The position numbers and the translations under genes are program-made. A DNA stretch of 64,000 bases from a bacterium (GTDB lineage: Bacteria > UBA8248), in assembly GCA_965213685.1 (NCBI GenBank), contig CBDBZY010000064.1, forward strand, positions 1 to 64,000, given 5' to 3'. Positions 19,826-37,915 of this stretch are shown here, piece by piece. Positions within the stretch are counted from its first letter, which is position 1, and every line of letters starts with the position of its first letter. The notes under the pieces were generated by a model that had not been told where the DNA came from, did not search any database, and saw nothing but the letters and a program-made list of their open reading frames with translations.

Positions 19826-20364
19826 TGTATTCGTTACACTACACACTGAAGAATCACTGACTTGCAGCATACATGTGTACACACTATAATGTACTCATAG
19901 GCACGCTTCCTTTGTACATGTCATGTTTTCCAAAAAGTGATCATTGCTGAGTAGAGACACTGCTAGCCAGCTGGGGAAAGGGTACACTGCGTCTACGAAA
20001 GGACATAAAATAATGTATCGAAGGGGACTGATGTGGGATGTCAGTATAATAGAGAATCGGGCTCTTCCAGCTGATGAGAATGATCATCAAACTCGACTAT
20101 ATAGAACAGTCTATCCCTGCCTGCTCAAGCTTCTTGCTTCTAAGAACTAGTGGTTGTTGTAGTCATAGCCGTCTCACAGTTCCATCATACATGACAGTTA
20201 TTGTACATGACTGCATGTGGAATAGTAATTTTAACCTTTCACCTCATACAGGTGTCAGTCATGATGAAAAGAAGGTGATCTTGTACATACATGTTCACCT
20301 AACACTGCAAACTAGAGAACAGTTAGCTAATTGTGCTATAATTATGCACACTAGCTACCTTGGA

Positions 20365-23300
20365 TTACAATTTCTCATAGGTCTTTGAGTGGTTAGTGCA
20401 GGGACTAATGGTGAGGAGAAATCCATCCTACCAGAGGGAAAAAGAGGGGCAGTTACAGTGTGGAATACAGTCATTATTGACACTGAATGTACATGTACCT
20501 TTACTAGGTATGGCAGGTTCCTCCAGAACCAGTAATGGGGGATAATGTCACAGCCTCTTGCTTCTTTTCTTTGATACTTGTAGATCCCTCCAGACACACA
20601 GTAGGTGACCAGTGCACAGAGACATCTGAATAATAATGATTATTATCATTATTTTCCACCCACATTTGTTTCCCTTTTTTTTCCTGCTTCTCCTTCTTCA
20701 TTCACCATCAGATCATGTGGAGGTACATACATAACGGCTGTACCATTGTGGTTTATTGATGGGGGCCAGCATATTTTGCTGGCATATTATTGAGCACAAT
20801 CAGAGTTTTCGCATAACACTAACATAATCACTAAAATTTACAGTTAGAGTCATAATATATATGGCTGCCCCACTCCTCTGAGTGTAGCCAAACAAGTTGA
20901 AACAACACATCACTGGGGTTGTGTGCCTAGTCTTGTGATCCCGATATGCGCAGAGAAAATTACGTCTGCTTCACGAGACAAAAATTTGCACCCTACTGGC
21001 AAAAACGGCGCCTAGTACCAGCAAGTATTCCAAGGGCCGGAGGCTGAGCAATTAATTGACGAGTCCATAATGCTTCCTGTACAGTAGAAGCTCTCAGCAA
21101 GCGGGAGAGATTCTGGCTCCACATAACCAGTGTATAGCAGAGACCCCTGTGAGCAAGCTTGAACTACTTTCTGCTGCTGACCTTCCTTCTCTTCAACAGA
21201 GACGCATCTAACAAACCCTTTGCCATCTTTTCAAAATTATTATCATTGATTTTCCATCTGCACCAACACTTCCTCCAGTCAGCCTGACACGCGTTCAGCA
21301 GTTAAACCAGTCTCCCTTGTTTCAAAGTCTAGAACCAGTTCTTACTTTCTCTAACACATCATCATTTTGAAACAGCTTGCCTAGAGGTATTTTCTTTCAT
21401 AAGTGCATAAGAATTTATATGGAGGTTATAATACTAGGCGTTAATAATACTTTGTACAGTGTTTTCTGCTTTCTATGTTCATGTATGGCTGATATTAAAG
21501 AGGTCTGTATTACATCACTTATAATAATTCTATCTCTTTTGATTTTTGTGGGTGCACTATGTATTACTATTTGTGTATTCTGTTCTTTTGCATAAACGTA
21601 TATTTTAAAAAAAGCTTCAAGCTCTGCTGAGCTTGGAAGTGACAATGATGTACTGGTACATGGAGGTGAGCATAATTGAGCATAAACTACAACATAGAGC
21701 AGTGCAGAATAGCATAAACAGCACATTCCTAGTCTCGCAGAGCCAGACTCTCTTGGCCGCAAACTCCATGAGACTACCCGACTCAGAACTGACTCGGATA
21801 ATGTGATGACTAGGGTGTGCGTGTATTATTATGTACTGTACAGACACGTACTCTTACAGCTGTGTAATACCCTTATTGAGCAGTCTATGACTGTACTTGC
21901 ACTGTTTCACTTACACTGCAATTATCACTAGTCCCACTACTCCAACTGGAACCTGTTTTCCTGCTTCATGAGCACTGGTACTTTGAACTGTTACATTAAG
22001 ATTGCTTTCCACCTGGAATCTCTAAAACAAAAGAGAAAGAAGATGAAGAAGATGAGGAAGAAGACCAAAAGAACAACAATTTGTGGTTTAGTGTATTAGA
22101 GTGGAATGGGTATAGGTACTTATGAAGAGAACATGAGCATTGTGAGTTTAGAAGGGTTTCGTACACACATCCACCATTGTGTTTGTTGGTATCATACATT
22201 CATACACAGAATGTGTACCAACTTCATAAATGCACTATAATTATGAGATTACCCCCCATATTTATGTACATGAACTTCCAGGAATGACCAATGACCTATC
22301 ATTTGCACAGCATAATTATGACTATGACATACAGAAGATGTTGTTACTTCGAATTCACTTACATAATTAGCTCTATACAGGAACACAATATAAAAAGTTT
22401 TATTTAACTCTCACTTTTACACCCTTCTTAATACTTACAGTACATTGACCCACTATATTATGTAGAGGGTTGTAAGAAAGAAACTATAAGCATGTACTAA
22501 TACTCAACATACATATATTTGCTTCCTCATACTCATGTAGTTCACATTTGGATTTTGCAGATCTTTGTGAGTAAACAAGAACACTGCACTCCTGTAAAAT
22601 GAAATTCACTTGTGATTGGGTGGTGATGTTTAGTAGTGTAAAACATACATCACACAGAACAGGGTACAACACACAAGACAAGTTATTCTAATAATTGTTT
22701 TTGAGTAAAACTGAAAAGTACACAGGCTATACTAGCCATAGCCTTGCCAGAGAGACAGACTGACAGGCACACAAACAGACAGACTGACAGGCACACAGAA
22801 ATGGCACCTCTTATGTTTGTTTTTCTTATCTCCTCCATGATAAACTATTTGAAACTTAAGAGGATTTGTAGAGTTGACTATCCACTCTGTCTCACTTTGT
22901 CGGCCAAGTGCATACCACTTTCCATTATATAGCCACACCTGTATTGTAGAAGAGTCCAGAGAGATCATCTATATAACAATATATACATGCAGCCATGACA
23001 TGCACACTAGTTTGTACAAAGTGACTAACTGAACCAAACATGTCTCAATGTCTAACTGTTTACAGATGCTCTAGCTTCTACTTAGGTTGAGCTGCAATGC
23101 TATAAGGATTGGTTTTAGAAAATTGGGCTATATTGGTTTTTAAATCTTAAGAGACGTCAGTAACTGTTTAAGGGCTCACTTGGTAAAACATCTAGTGGGC
23201 AATCATTATGAAACTGATTGTGTAGGCAGTGTTTCCTTTTCAAAGTAAGCATCCCCCAACACTACAACTGAAAGTAAACATGCATTTTGGGGACTAAACT

Positions 23301-23849
23301 CACCACAGCTGGTGGCTCAGTGGCATTATGACTGTTTGCTTTGCAAGGACTGTACTGATACAATGTTGTGCTGTTTTTAGCTGTAATATTCTTACTGGAG
23401 AACATAACATACAGAAAGTAAAAGAAAAACACATTAATAAGGCCATACATGCCACACTGTTAACATAATCACCTCCATTGAGTTTACTTACAAAGGCTAC
23501 CATATGGGGATTAGAATTGGCATAAGTTTGTAAGGGAAGAATGATTGGAAGGAGAGAGAAGGAATGGGGGGGGATTGAGTGAACAAAGGAGGGAGGGAGG
23601 GAGAAGTGAAGGAGGATTCATAGGGTTCACCTACCTTACTATGAGGTCTAACTACCATGTACACGAAAACCCGAGGGCATTCAAATGAACACTACAAACT
23701 CACGGGTACGAGAAGAGCTTGCTGATGTCGATGGAGAAGTTGTGAGCGGAACAGCGACATAAGTTATCCGAGTTGACGGTACAGTTCTCGGAGGCGGCAC
23801 AAGTGCTGAGAACACCAAACAGCACTATCGCTACCACAAAGGATATCAT
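20365..23849 (-). CDS. CD-M6PR/ATG27-like type I membrane protein B (7 exons)
   Basis: Exons 23849-23704, 23394-23304, 22938-22808, 22591-22513, 22021-21915, 20625-20499, 20427-20365, with the same intron phases as gene A. MISFVVAIVLFGVLSTCAA signal; CTVNSDNLCRC; IDISKLFSYP; YQYSPC; FQIVYHGGD; TM VGVVGLVIIAVCLCALVTYCVSGGIY; tail KEARGCDIIPHYWFWRNLPYLVKDGFLLTISPC...YEKL*. Confidence 0.85.
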
Positions 23850-25148
23850 TTCTTCCTCGACGGCGGACATAAGCAAGCGACGGTGTGATCACGTGACTCC
23901 TTCGTCCGTGCGCGTGCATGGAGCACACATGTGCGTACTCAGTACGTAGCCTAGAAGATACGGCACCGTGTTTTGCCGTAAGCACGATAGGACAGTATAG
24001 ATGTACTAAGCATCTGTACTTTCCCATTCTTGGTTCACTATATTCAGGAACCGGATGTCTGTAGCTCTGCCGAACTCGCTGGTGAAAATTATGATAATTA
24101 TTTCGGCTAATTCATTCATGAATTTCTCACACTAGCGAAGTATGAAGAAAAGAAAGCTCGCTAGGGCTGAACCCCTACTGCTCGGTCCACGTTTACCGCA
24201 GGTACAACAATAAAAACGTCTGTCCCAGGCGGTTGTCATGCACGGGGCGTTGTTTCCTACTAATGGCTGATGGTCCTCAGCCTACACACAAATTTGCGTT
24301 ACTTTCTTCGTCTAGCCTCGTGCCACGCCTTCTCGTACGGGGGGGCCGGGAAGGCGTGTCTCCGCGGAGCTCGCTGCGCCATTGGTCGGTATCGATACGG
24401 GGAGAACGTGTAACGTTACACCTGAGAAGGTATCCTTTATTGAAGGTCTTCCTTTGAGGAAAGCTAAGATCACAATTTTGTGTCTCGTATTGTATAACGC
24501 GCCGTGAAAATGCATGCGCATGCACAGATCTGTGCTAGACGTTCCACAGTCTAGAGAGAGCTTTGAAAACTCCTATATCTATGTTAAGTATCTACCGGGG
24601 TTTGGGCCAAGGCTTTATGACAGATGTTCCACAATCCAGGATTCCAGATTAGTCTCACGTGCCAGTCCCTCACGTGGGGCTGGCCCGCAAGACTACGAAC
24701 CGAAATGTCGGTGAATTTTTATTCCCGTTAATAGGCGTACACTATTCCCTGAGAAAATTGTACAAGGATGCATTATTGACGTAGTGGATTGTGTATCACC
24801 TAACGTACTCTCCCAGCGGATACTGCGATACCACTATGAGCATTTCTAGCAGAAACATTGTTCACTAGTGAATAATATACATCTATTCGGGGTATACACT
24901 AACAGCACTCACGATACACAGTGATAAGTTACAGAGGCTATAAAGTTTACACGTAGCCTTTTAAACCGGTTTGCAAACCACTTTAGACTAACGGAAATCG
25001 TAAACCACCTTGCGACGTATATAGTCTCGCGCGCCCGCCAGCCCCTCACGTACGTGAAGCGGCTTCACGTGAGGGGCTGGCGCGCGCGCGAGACTACTAT
25101 ACTTGCGATGACGCGCGGCACGCGTGTGGGGTCAAAGGTCGCTCCGGT
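23850..25148. promoter_or_regulatory. CpG-rich divergent promoter region between receptor genes B and C with TCACGTGA (CLEAR-type) E-boxes
   Basis: TCACGTGA at 23889-23896 (40 bp upstream of the gene B ATG) and 25065-25072 (about 77 bp upstream of the gene C ATG); further CACGTG at about 24656 and 24672. Confidence 0.55.
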
Positions 25149-29758
<4,610 letters not shown>

Positions 29759-29877
29759 CTGTCTGCATATTGTATGTAGTATATTACAAGACCATCAAGT
29801 GCTTCACTAGATATATTGTGGATGTATAGTTATTATTAGTTTGGGAATATCTTGTACCAGGCAAAATTTGTACAATG

Positions 29878-30050
29878 AAAATGAAAAGCACTTGGAAAGT
29901 GCATAACCCTCGCGCAGCTTAGAGATGGATAATGGATAAATGTATTCACAGTAGTCATGCAATTCATTTTTATGCATGTCTTTGTAGAAGTGTATGTCAG
30001 CCTTATGACTGGCATTCATAAACATTGCACTTGCACACACACACACACAC
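29878..30050 (-). mobile_element. HINE-like element 3' part (reverse copy of about 13360-13536)
   Basis: AAAATGAAAAGCACTTGGAAAGTGCATAACCCTCGCGCAGC...; a 5' HINE-type end with (AC)n also occurs at about 30640-30759. Confidence 0.7.
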
Positions 30051-30638
30051 ACCTCCCTCTCTTTCCTTCCCCTCCCCTCCTCTCCTCCCCTCTCCTCCCC
30101 TCCCCCTCTCTTGTTCTAGTTTTATTAAAAAACAGGATTACATGCATTTTTACAGCTTTACACAAAGGGCTAAGAAACCTACCACTCAAGGCAGTCTCAT
30201 TGATCATATATACACAAGGAACATCTCAGTACAGCTACATGTAGAAGTATCACCTCAGAAATATAATTACACTATATTAGTTCAGTGTTAGATGTTTGAG
30301 TAGGAACAGAGGCTCGCTTGGGCTTGAGCAACCCAAGAACTTACACTACTCCAATAGGTGCGCACCCAAGAACTAGCTAGGCTTACCGCTTTGGCTGGGC
30401 CGAAAAGCTCCCAACCGTGTATGTGACACCAGATCGTACCGTTTGTACTTCCATTCCACTAGTGGCTAATGGAACCTCGAAAACGCGAGTTTACACAGCC
30501 TCGAAAAGTCACCGATAGCTTCACCATCAACCGAGCGGCTCCAGAGTTCACGAGTTCCGAGAGACTACGACGCTTCTCCTATTCTCCAACTTTGAAGAGC
30601 GCAGCTTCTACGGTTACGGAGAAAATCCGGTCATGCCT

Positions 30639-30681
<43 letters not shown>

Positions 30682-31808
30682 CGCACACACGCACGCACGC
30701 ACGCACACACACACAGACCGACTACAATAACTCTCCGCGCGCATGCGCGCGAGGGTTAATGAAAATAAGAGGTATTATACCAGACACTATTTTAAACACT
30801 GAATTGAACACACACAATTCGCTGGCTAACTACAGTCTCAGTCCAGTGGAATCTCTACACATGTACAAGAACACGGCATTAGCTCTCTTGTGCTTACACG
30901 TCCACCTCTTTCTGGACACAGAAGTGCTTGTGCTTGAGTTGTTGTATAAAATGTGTAACTATGCATCTTGTCGAGTTCAGCATTAAATTTTAATATCATC
31001 ACTCGCTGTGTGAAGTGAGAGCTGCACTAGCCAGACCAGGACAGCGAGGAACATTACACGTGTGCATGTACAAAGCCAGTTTCACTTCATTTTTAATCCA
31101 GTTCTGTAATGCTGTTTGAGAATCCAGCTCTGAATCACTGGCACAGATCTCTGTACACATGTGCAACATGGAAAACCTTTAGTCTTAGGCGTGTTATACA
31201 GTGCACTACACAAAATTGTTGGATTCGATCAGGATCACTCTTACTCATTCTTACCTCCTCTAACAGCCATTTTCTCAAACTACCTCTTAATTTATCACTT
31301 CATCCCTGATGTATAATATTATAGTGTCCATGCAGAATTACATCAATTGATGACAGGGTGTTTCACTATGTATGTTAAATTCTCAAGAGTGTGGTTTTTC
31401 AATTTCCTTTTCTTCGTGTGCCAGTGAAGTGTTGTACAACACACATCTAAAACTGAGCACTCCTAGGTTGAGGGAGCCGAGTGGCCTGAGCCCCCCAAAG
31501 CTCCCAGACTAGACTAACGGTTTAGTGTGTGTGGACAGCTTGGACTAGCCAGCAGTGGCTCAGCCCGAGCCCAACTCTTCATAATGTAGAAACATAACTT
31601 ACATGTACAAGATTAGTCAATTTGTCACAATCTGACTTACACCAGTGAGTTCAGCATAAACATGCGAAGGCAATCACTGAAAAACTGTACATCCAAATGT
31701 GAGAAGATACAGAAGAGGTGTAGGTATGAAGGTCCTATCCTATCATGTTTACAAACAGACACTGTTGCAGTCTAGTGTATATAACCTCCAGTGAGGGCTT
31801 GTGCAACT

Positions 31809-33147
31809 CTAGTTCCCATCACCTCCTCCACTAGATTTGAGGACCTGAGGCTGGACCAGTCTCCCACTACCTTGCATGCCCTGCAGGGAGAAGAGAGCAG
31901 AGTGTGGAGGCCATTGCATTGGAAGAAGAAGTCAGATCAGAAGGAGGGAGGGAGAAGTGCAGAGGTCAGGAGGTGGGCAGGGAGAGAGACAGAACCTTGG
32001 GAAAGCAATAATAACAAGGTATGTTGCAGTTTATGTACATGTACATAGGTGTACTATTAGTGATTTGAATTGTTCACAACAGTACTGGCCAATATGTTAA
32101 TCTTGGCTATGCAGGACTTACATAGAGGTTATTCTGTTCATAGACAACTGTCATTGTCATGTCTGTGTCAGCATACGTGAAGAAGACCTCAGTTGTCCTG
32201 TTGCTGAGGGTCAAGACAAACACGTACAGCAGTGAGTGTGTGTACAGAAACTATCTAGCCCAGTCCGGTGGCCACTCCATGACAGACTGCTGGCCCACTC
32301 AGACAGCATCCCTGTCCCCTATAGTCCTGTTGCTGTCCACTGGTTCCATATAGCCATATATATTTCAGTGCTCTTTCTTTATTAATTCATTAATTGATCT
32401 TTCTGTGACCACATACTACCAGTTCACCACAACTGAGTATTTGTGGCCAGCAGTATAAACAAAATGCCAAATGCATTCTTATAGTAGTTAATGCTACCAC
32501 TACCAGGTACTAGTTCATGATACTGCTCAACTGAACCTTTCTTGCTAACTACTATTGTACCGAGGTCAAATCTGATATATACAGCATTAGTGAGTGGCTA
32601 CCTTACACTGCAAACAAAAGCACTACTTGTGCTGCAGCCTCAACAGGAATTCTCTTATACATTCTGTTTAAGAAAGGGTACATATATGTCTACAGCTGAG
32701 AAAGACTCCCACAGCCTATTAGACGACTGATTGAGAGGATCCTTTCCTTGTTCCAGGGTCACTCACTTTATGGTGGCAGCCTGAAGCAGAGGTAGAAGTT
32801 TCCTGTATGTTGTCCATAATGTGCTTAAGGTGGATGAAAGCCAATCCTTGACATAATGAACCTCACATGACAAACATCATTGTCAAAACAACAGTTTGTT
32901 TTTGCTGTGCATAGGACCGCACAACACACGACAACAAATAAGGCCAACGGCTATTGAATACACTTACGGATACTCGAAGTAGTAACTGATGTCCACGATC
33001 ATAGTCTTGCCGGTGTTGGGGTCGTAATACCCGCACACACACGGATCTGCCATGTCCCACGTACACTCTGTCAGGGTCTGGGCTGTGGTCTCGCTGTACT
33101 GGAGGACCAGCAGGAGAAAAGGTACACGCAACTAGCGAAAGCTTCAT
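31809..33147 (-). pseudogene. Receptor D: frameshifted, internally deleted, TM-less paralog of receptor A
   Basis: Exon 33147-32968 is homologous to gene A exon 1 but has a +1 nt insertion around codon 9-10. Exon 32203-32122 matches gene A exon 4 (82 nt in both). Exon 31880-31809 (GMQGSGRLVQPQVLKSSGGGDGN*) matches gene A exon 5 but stops before the TM. No homologues of exons 2-3 or 6-7 seen. Confidence 0.75.
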
Positions 33148-33591
33148 GTCGAATCGTGGCCGTGATGGCTTTTTGAGCACGCGCTGTGTGCGCTAAATCA
33201 TACTATGGTATGGTAAGGTATGATGGGTGGCGGCATTATTTTACATGAACAATCACGTGCATAGTGCACTACAATGAAAGAAAGAAGAGAACAGAGAAGA
33301 AAGAAAGAAGAATCACACACTATAAAATAAACTAAAATTCACAACAACCTCAACGTCTTAGAAAAATATAGTTTAATTTTGGAGAACAGCCTTAACGGCG
33401 TAGAAAAATAAATATAATTATGTAACAACCTCATCGGCTTAGAAATTTATACATCTGTAATAACCTCAATGGCTTAGAAAAATATATATTTTAAAAACAA
33501 AGCAACAAGCCTACACGTATAAGAATAAAACTCAGAATGAAGGGCAGATGGCCCCACATGCCCAACCTTGAGAGTTGAGAATGGGGCTTAA

Positions 33592-34687
33592 TGTGGTGGG
33601 CTACCATAATTGGGCGAGCCCACCTAGTCGTTGCGCTGGAGCCCTCCTCTAGTATGTCATCGGCAATGCCACCTTTTGGTTCCCGCGGGCCCCCCGCGCT
33701 ACAGGCAAACGTAAAGCCGGCTCGATCACATCCGGTTACATGGTGAAACAGGGAAGTTGCTGCTTAGTGACAGTTGGCGTGTTACAAGCAAGTCTTGGCT
33801 AGTGTGTTGCGACTCAAGATTTGGACTACCCCTGCGCCTTACCTCGTCAAGGCTCAGAGCGTAGCTACCGTTCGATGCGTCGTTACACGCGGCCCGGCAA
33901 GAACCTACTTCACTGGTGGCGTGACGAGGCAGGGCTAGGACTAGACTACAGACTGCGACTAGCATGTAGTTGGCTCACTCCCACTCGCACACGGGCATTC
34001 TACTAGTAATTCTTTTTAATGCTACTCTTGGCTGATAGCAAGCCCGGCAAACAAGAAACCACAATACTCAGTGGTTGAATAACAACATTAGAGATCTTAT
34101 CAACCATTTTCAGGACTTGTATTGCAAAGCGATGAGCTGCAGGTGGCTGTTCCTCGTTAATGAGATTCATAGTTTTCCTACCATGTGCAGGACCTCTGCT
34201 TCTCATCAAAAATATAATAAATCTGCAGTCATTTCTTTTGAGCTGGTCAATCCATCACTTTGTTGTACAAGGAGCAAAGCAGGTCCAATCGATTGCCTTT
34301 TTAGAATATTGTTTGTCATTAAAGTTTTATAGGGTGAAATGAAGGTATATTATACTTTTCTTGAACACTTTGGCTTATTCTGGAAAGGCTGTTTATACAA
34401 AAGGCATCGTATGTACCTCAAATGGGCTCGCTAAAAGTCGAAGATCTCTAGTTCTTTCTGCTAAGCCATTTTCATGTAGATACATTTGATGAAAACATTA
34501 GTGACATTTGACCACATGTGTAGCTGTGCTCGTACAAGATACACACATCATGTTTTGCTGGAGCGTTTTAGACTTTCTCTCTAATTGTGCTCCACATTAT
34601 ATATCCCAGTTTCTACATGTATGTGTGCGCCAGAGGTTGTTGAATCTACACAGGCTGAACATGGCCACGCTTTGATGTTCCACCACC
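33592..34687. mobile_element. Possible TTAA-flanked Kolobok-like element
   Basis: TTAA TGTGGTGGGCTACC ... GTTCCACCACC TTAA; weak TIR. A similar end, TTAAAGTGGTGGGCTACC, occurs at about 42152. Confidence 0.4.
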
Positions 34688-35941
34688 TTAATCCTTTCGC
34701 TTACCAAAGTTGCACACTTGCTAAAACAGTGTAAAACAAGGGAAATATCAAACATTTGATGATGTAATGTTGGTATGTGGGCAATTTATTGATAAAAAAA
34801 CTCCCACACACCCCTTGAAGTGGCCTGTCAGCGCTTGGATGTGGCGGTAGGAGCATTGAAGTAGCTTTCATCTCTGCTATTGTATACTTTAAAAAAAGCA
34901 AGAAGCCTAGCAGGCAGTGTGATAAACTGTCAGAGAGGGCTATAGGTAGCTGCAGCGATGTCTAGGCTCTGTACATAGCCATAAATCGGCCATGCGGTTT
35001 CGATCTGTAGGAATACGAAGATTTGAATTGGGTGCCAGGAGACATGTGGGGTACACCTTTACCATGGACGTAGCCAGGCTACGCTCATGCACTGGGCGAC
35101 GTTTTGACCCCAGGGTTTGGAAGTACACAGAGATTTAAAAACAGCCGTGTCACTTCATTCGCTCATTCTAGCACGAGAACTCAAGTGAAAGGGTTATAGG
35201 AACACCCCTATGAAAGTCATTATCTTTTTCATTCCTGCACACCTTTTTAGTACTAACATATAATTGGCTCAGGCAGATGGTTGGTATACGAATTCTATGT
35301 CTATTGGCATATTGGAATGCTATCTACCCTGGTGCCACATAGACGTTGTAGCTGCATACCACAAACAGTTATCTGTGTTATTACATAATAATTAGGATAG
35401 GGACAGAGCAAAGTGTTTTAGCAAAGACCTTTGTCACATACATGTAAGTTGTAAGGCCATGCTCTTATAATATTATTATTTATACTACAAATTTTTCATG
35501 ACAGCTATTTGGGGCCATGCTGAGGCCACACAATAAGGAAAGGTTGTAATTGTGTAGTAAGTGGGAGGGAATTATGGACTGGCATTATATATAACACGTA
35601 CATGTAGATGTGCAACTCCCATAACAAAGGTCTTTGTTAAAACAACAATTCTATTTTTGCAGTGCATGCATTGACTTCCACTTTTAATGTGCCTTTAACC
35701 AATAAGTATGTCTATCTCAGTTGCACATTATATTTTGTTCCCCACCTGGTACTGAACAGATGGTGTACAAAATGTATATCCTACTAGAAGCTTAGGGCAT
35801 TTAGTAATAGTCCGCCAAGCTTGAAATAGCAGTAAGCACACATTATGGGTTGTTTACCCATCACAAGTTCCAGTCACAACACAATACTTGGAGATACTCT
35901 ACACATTGCACCAATGCATTCAGTCTCATACTGGAGAAATA

Positions 35942-36240
35942 CTAGTGGCTGGAAAGCAAATTCCCTCTTCGATGTGTTTACGTACACTGTACCCAAATTT
36001 AGAGAAAATACTTGCATGTGATTTTGTAAAACTCTTAAATGCCACACATAGTCCTGAGTACCAAAACTCCTGTCTAATGAATTTTGTGTAAGCTTGTAGT
36101 GCCTTTCTTTAAACTGCACAAAAGTACTACATATTCTACCAATACGTACTAGTTGGGAAATATATACTCCATATGCTGGTTTAGCAGGGGTATTTGAGCT
36201 CAAATGAGGGAAATTTATAACGTCAAATTACGTGTAGATA
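35942..36240 (-). mobile_element. Penelope-like retroelement RT fragment
   Basis: ...NFPHLSSNTPAKPAYGVYISQLVRIGRICSTFVQFKERH, the typical PLE RT thumb region; frameshifted. Confidence 0.7.
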
Positions 36241-36272
36241 ACTTACCGGTCACTCTCCCTGAGTGACTGAAC

Positions 36273-37245
36273 TTATATACCAAACTTACCTCTTCTCTGC
36301 CCACCAACCACAGTGCCATCCCTTGGATCCCCAGCCGAGGACTGAGACTGAGGCTGGGTAGAGCATGGTTCTCCATATAATTTGACCTTCCTAACCTCCC
36401 ACACATCGATTATGTACTCCTTCTCTAAAGCAAGCATAGAATCGAAATTCTGCGTCCAAAGCTCACAACCTAACACAAAAGAAGCCCTTTCAATATTATC
36501 TAATGCTTCAAAGTCTTTAAAAGCCTCTCCTAATGTGGACCTGAGCTTAATCATGAACTCTTCCCTACTATCCTTGTAAGCAGGACACTCCCATAAAACA
36601 TGGACAACACTCTCGCACTCATCGCCACATAAAACACACTCAGTCCTGCCATTCCTTCCCCTATGCCTACCAAACTCCTCATTCAAACCATGTGTTCCTG
36701 ACCTAAAATTTAAACAAGAGTCTAGTTCCGGCATCACTAACCCCATGGAGGTACCTTTTGAACTTTACTTCCTTACTAAATGCTTTATACAACCCTAACA
36801 TAACTTTGCTATTCAATCCTCCCTTTATTTTCTCTATTACTTACACAGTCATTCACATTCAACAAAAACAAGCTAAATGGACATTGCCCCCCTTCTTAAT
36901 ATCATCTAACAATTCACCTTTAGGCAATCCTAGCACACCAAATAATTCATCTACACACTTATTCCAAGGCTTCCTCTGTCTGCCTCTATGTGGTTTCACC
37001 TTCCATTCCTGATCAAAAAGCTGCCTTGGATACTTACTGACATAGATGCTAGTTTATACCACCACTTAAGCTTAGCCTTGTCTCTATGACTCTTCAAGGT
37101 CTCTAAACCCATGTCCCCTCTAACTGCCTCATTACAAGTCTTAGATGAGCATCCAAGAATCCTTTTTGCTCCCCCCAAGAGAATAGATTCTAAAGCACCT
37201 GCCTGACTTTTATTACACTTACTGCTATATTCTATGCTAGGTCTA
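36273..37245 (-). mobile_element. 3' fragment of a non-LTR retrotransposon ORF2
   Basis: GAKRILGCSSKTCNEAVRGDMGLETL...FRSGTHGLNEEFGRH..CVLCGDECESVVHVLWECPAY (C-terminal CCHC). The insertion is absent from the paralogous block near 43258. Confidence 0.8.
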
Positions 37246-37739
37246 AGGATCTGGTGTTAAGTATGCGTGAAAACCACGCAGAGCCATCTTGTGTATAGGC
37301 CTACAGAGTAAGTATGTGATAAGTGGCTGTGTAAGGACGTGTCAAACCTCAGGGCAATGCATACTAATAACCTCTGCTAGACCCTACTCACGCTTCACAC
37401 TTGGAGTAGGGTCTAGTTCCAGGGTCTAGTCCGATAGACTAGAGAAATACATACTGGAGAAGTAAGACTCAGTGCAGGAGTGGCATGATGTCATTCAGCT
37501 GCAACTGAGATGACCATAGCAAGGTTAAGATCATGCTTTTTTTGCTATGTACACATAAATGTAGCCTTACTGTGGGCTGTATAAGCATGGGACATACATA
37601 CAAACGTATCCTTACTGTTGATTTCTCCTGTCTCAGCTCAGCTTAGTTTCAGAAATGGGCAGTCTCCATAGTGTATGTTCTAGGTGGTAGAGTGCTGTTC
37701 ACTTAGTGACACCATTACGGTGGGGCCATTACCTCAGTA

Positions 37740-37915
37740 TAGTGAAACCTCTGTATAGTGTTCACTCTGTAAAGCAGCCACCTCATTATTACAGCCACCT
37801 ACTCAGGTCGCTTGGGATATAATGCCCAATATTTACACCTCTATTAAACAGCCACCTCTCTATTACAGCTACAAATTTATGACCCATAGGTGACCACTCT
37901 AGGGAGGTTCCACTG
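37740..37915. mobile_element. Tigger-like MITE
   Basis: TAGTGAAACCTC ... GAGGTTCCACTG imperfect TIR. Confidence 0.6.
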
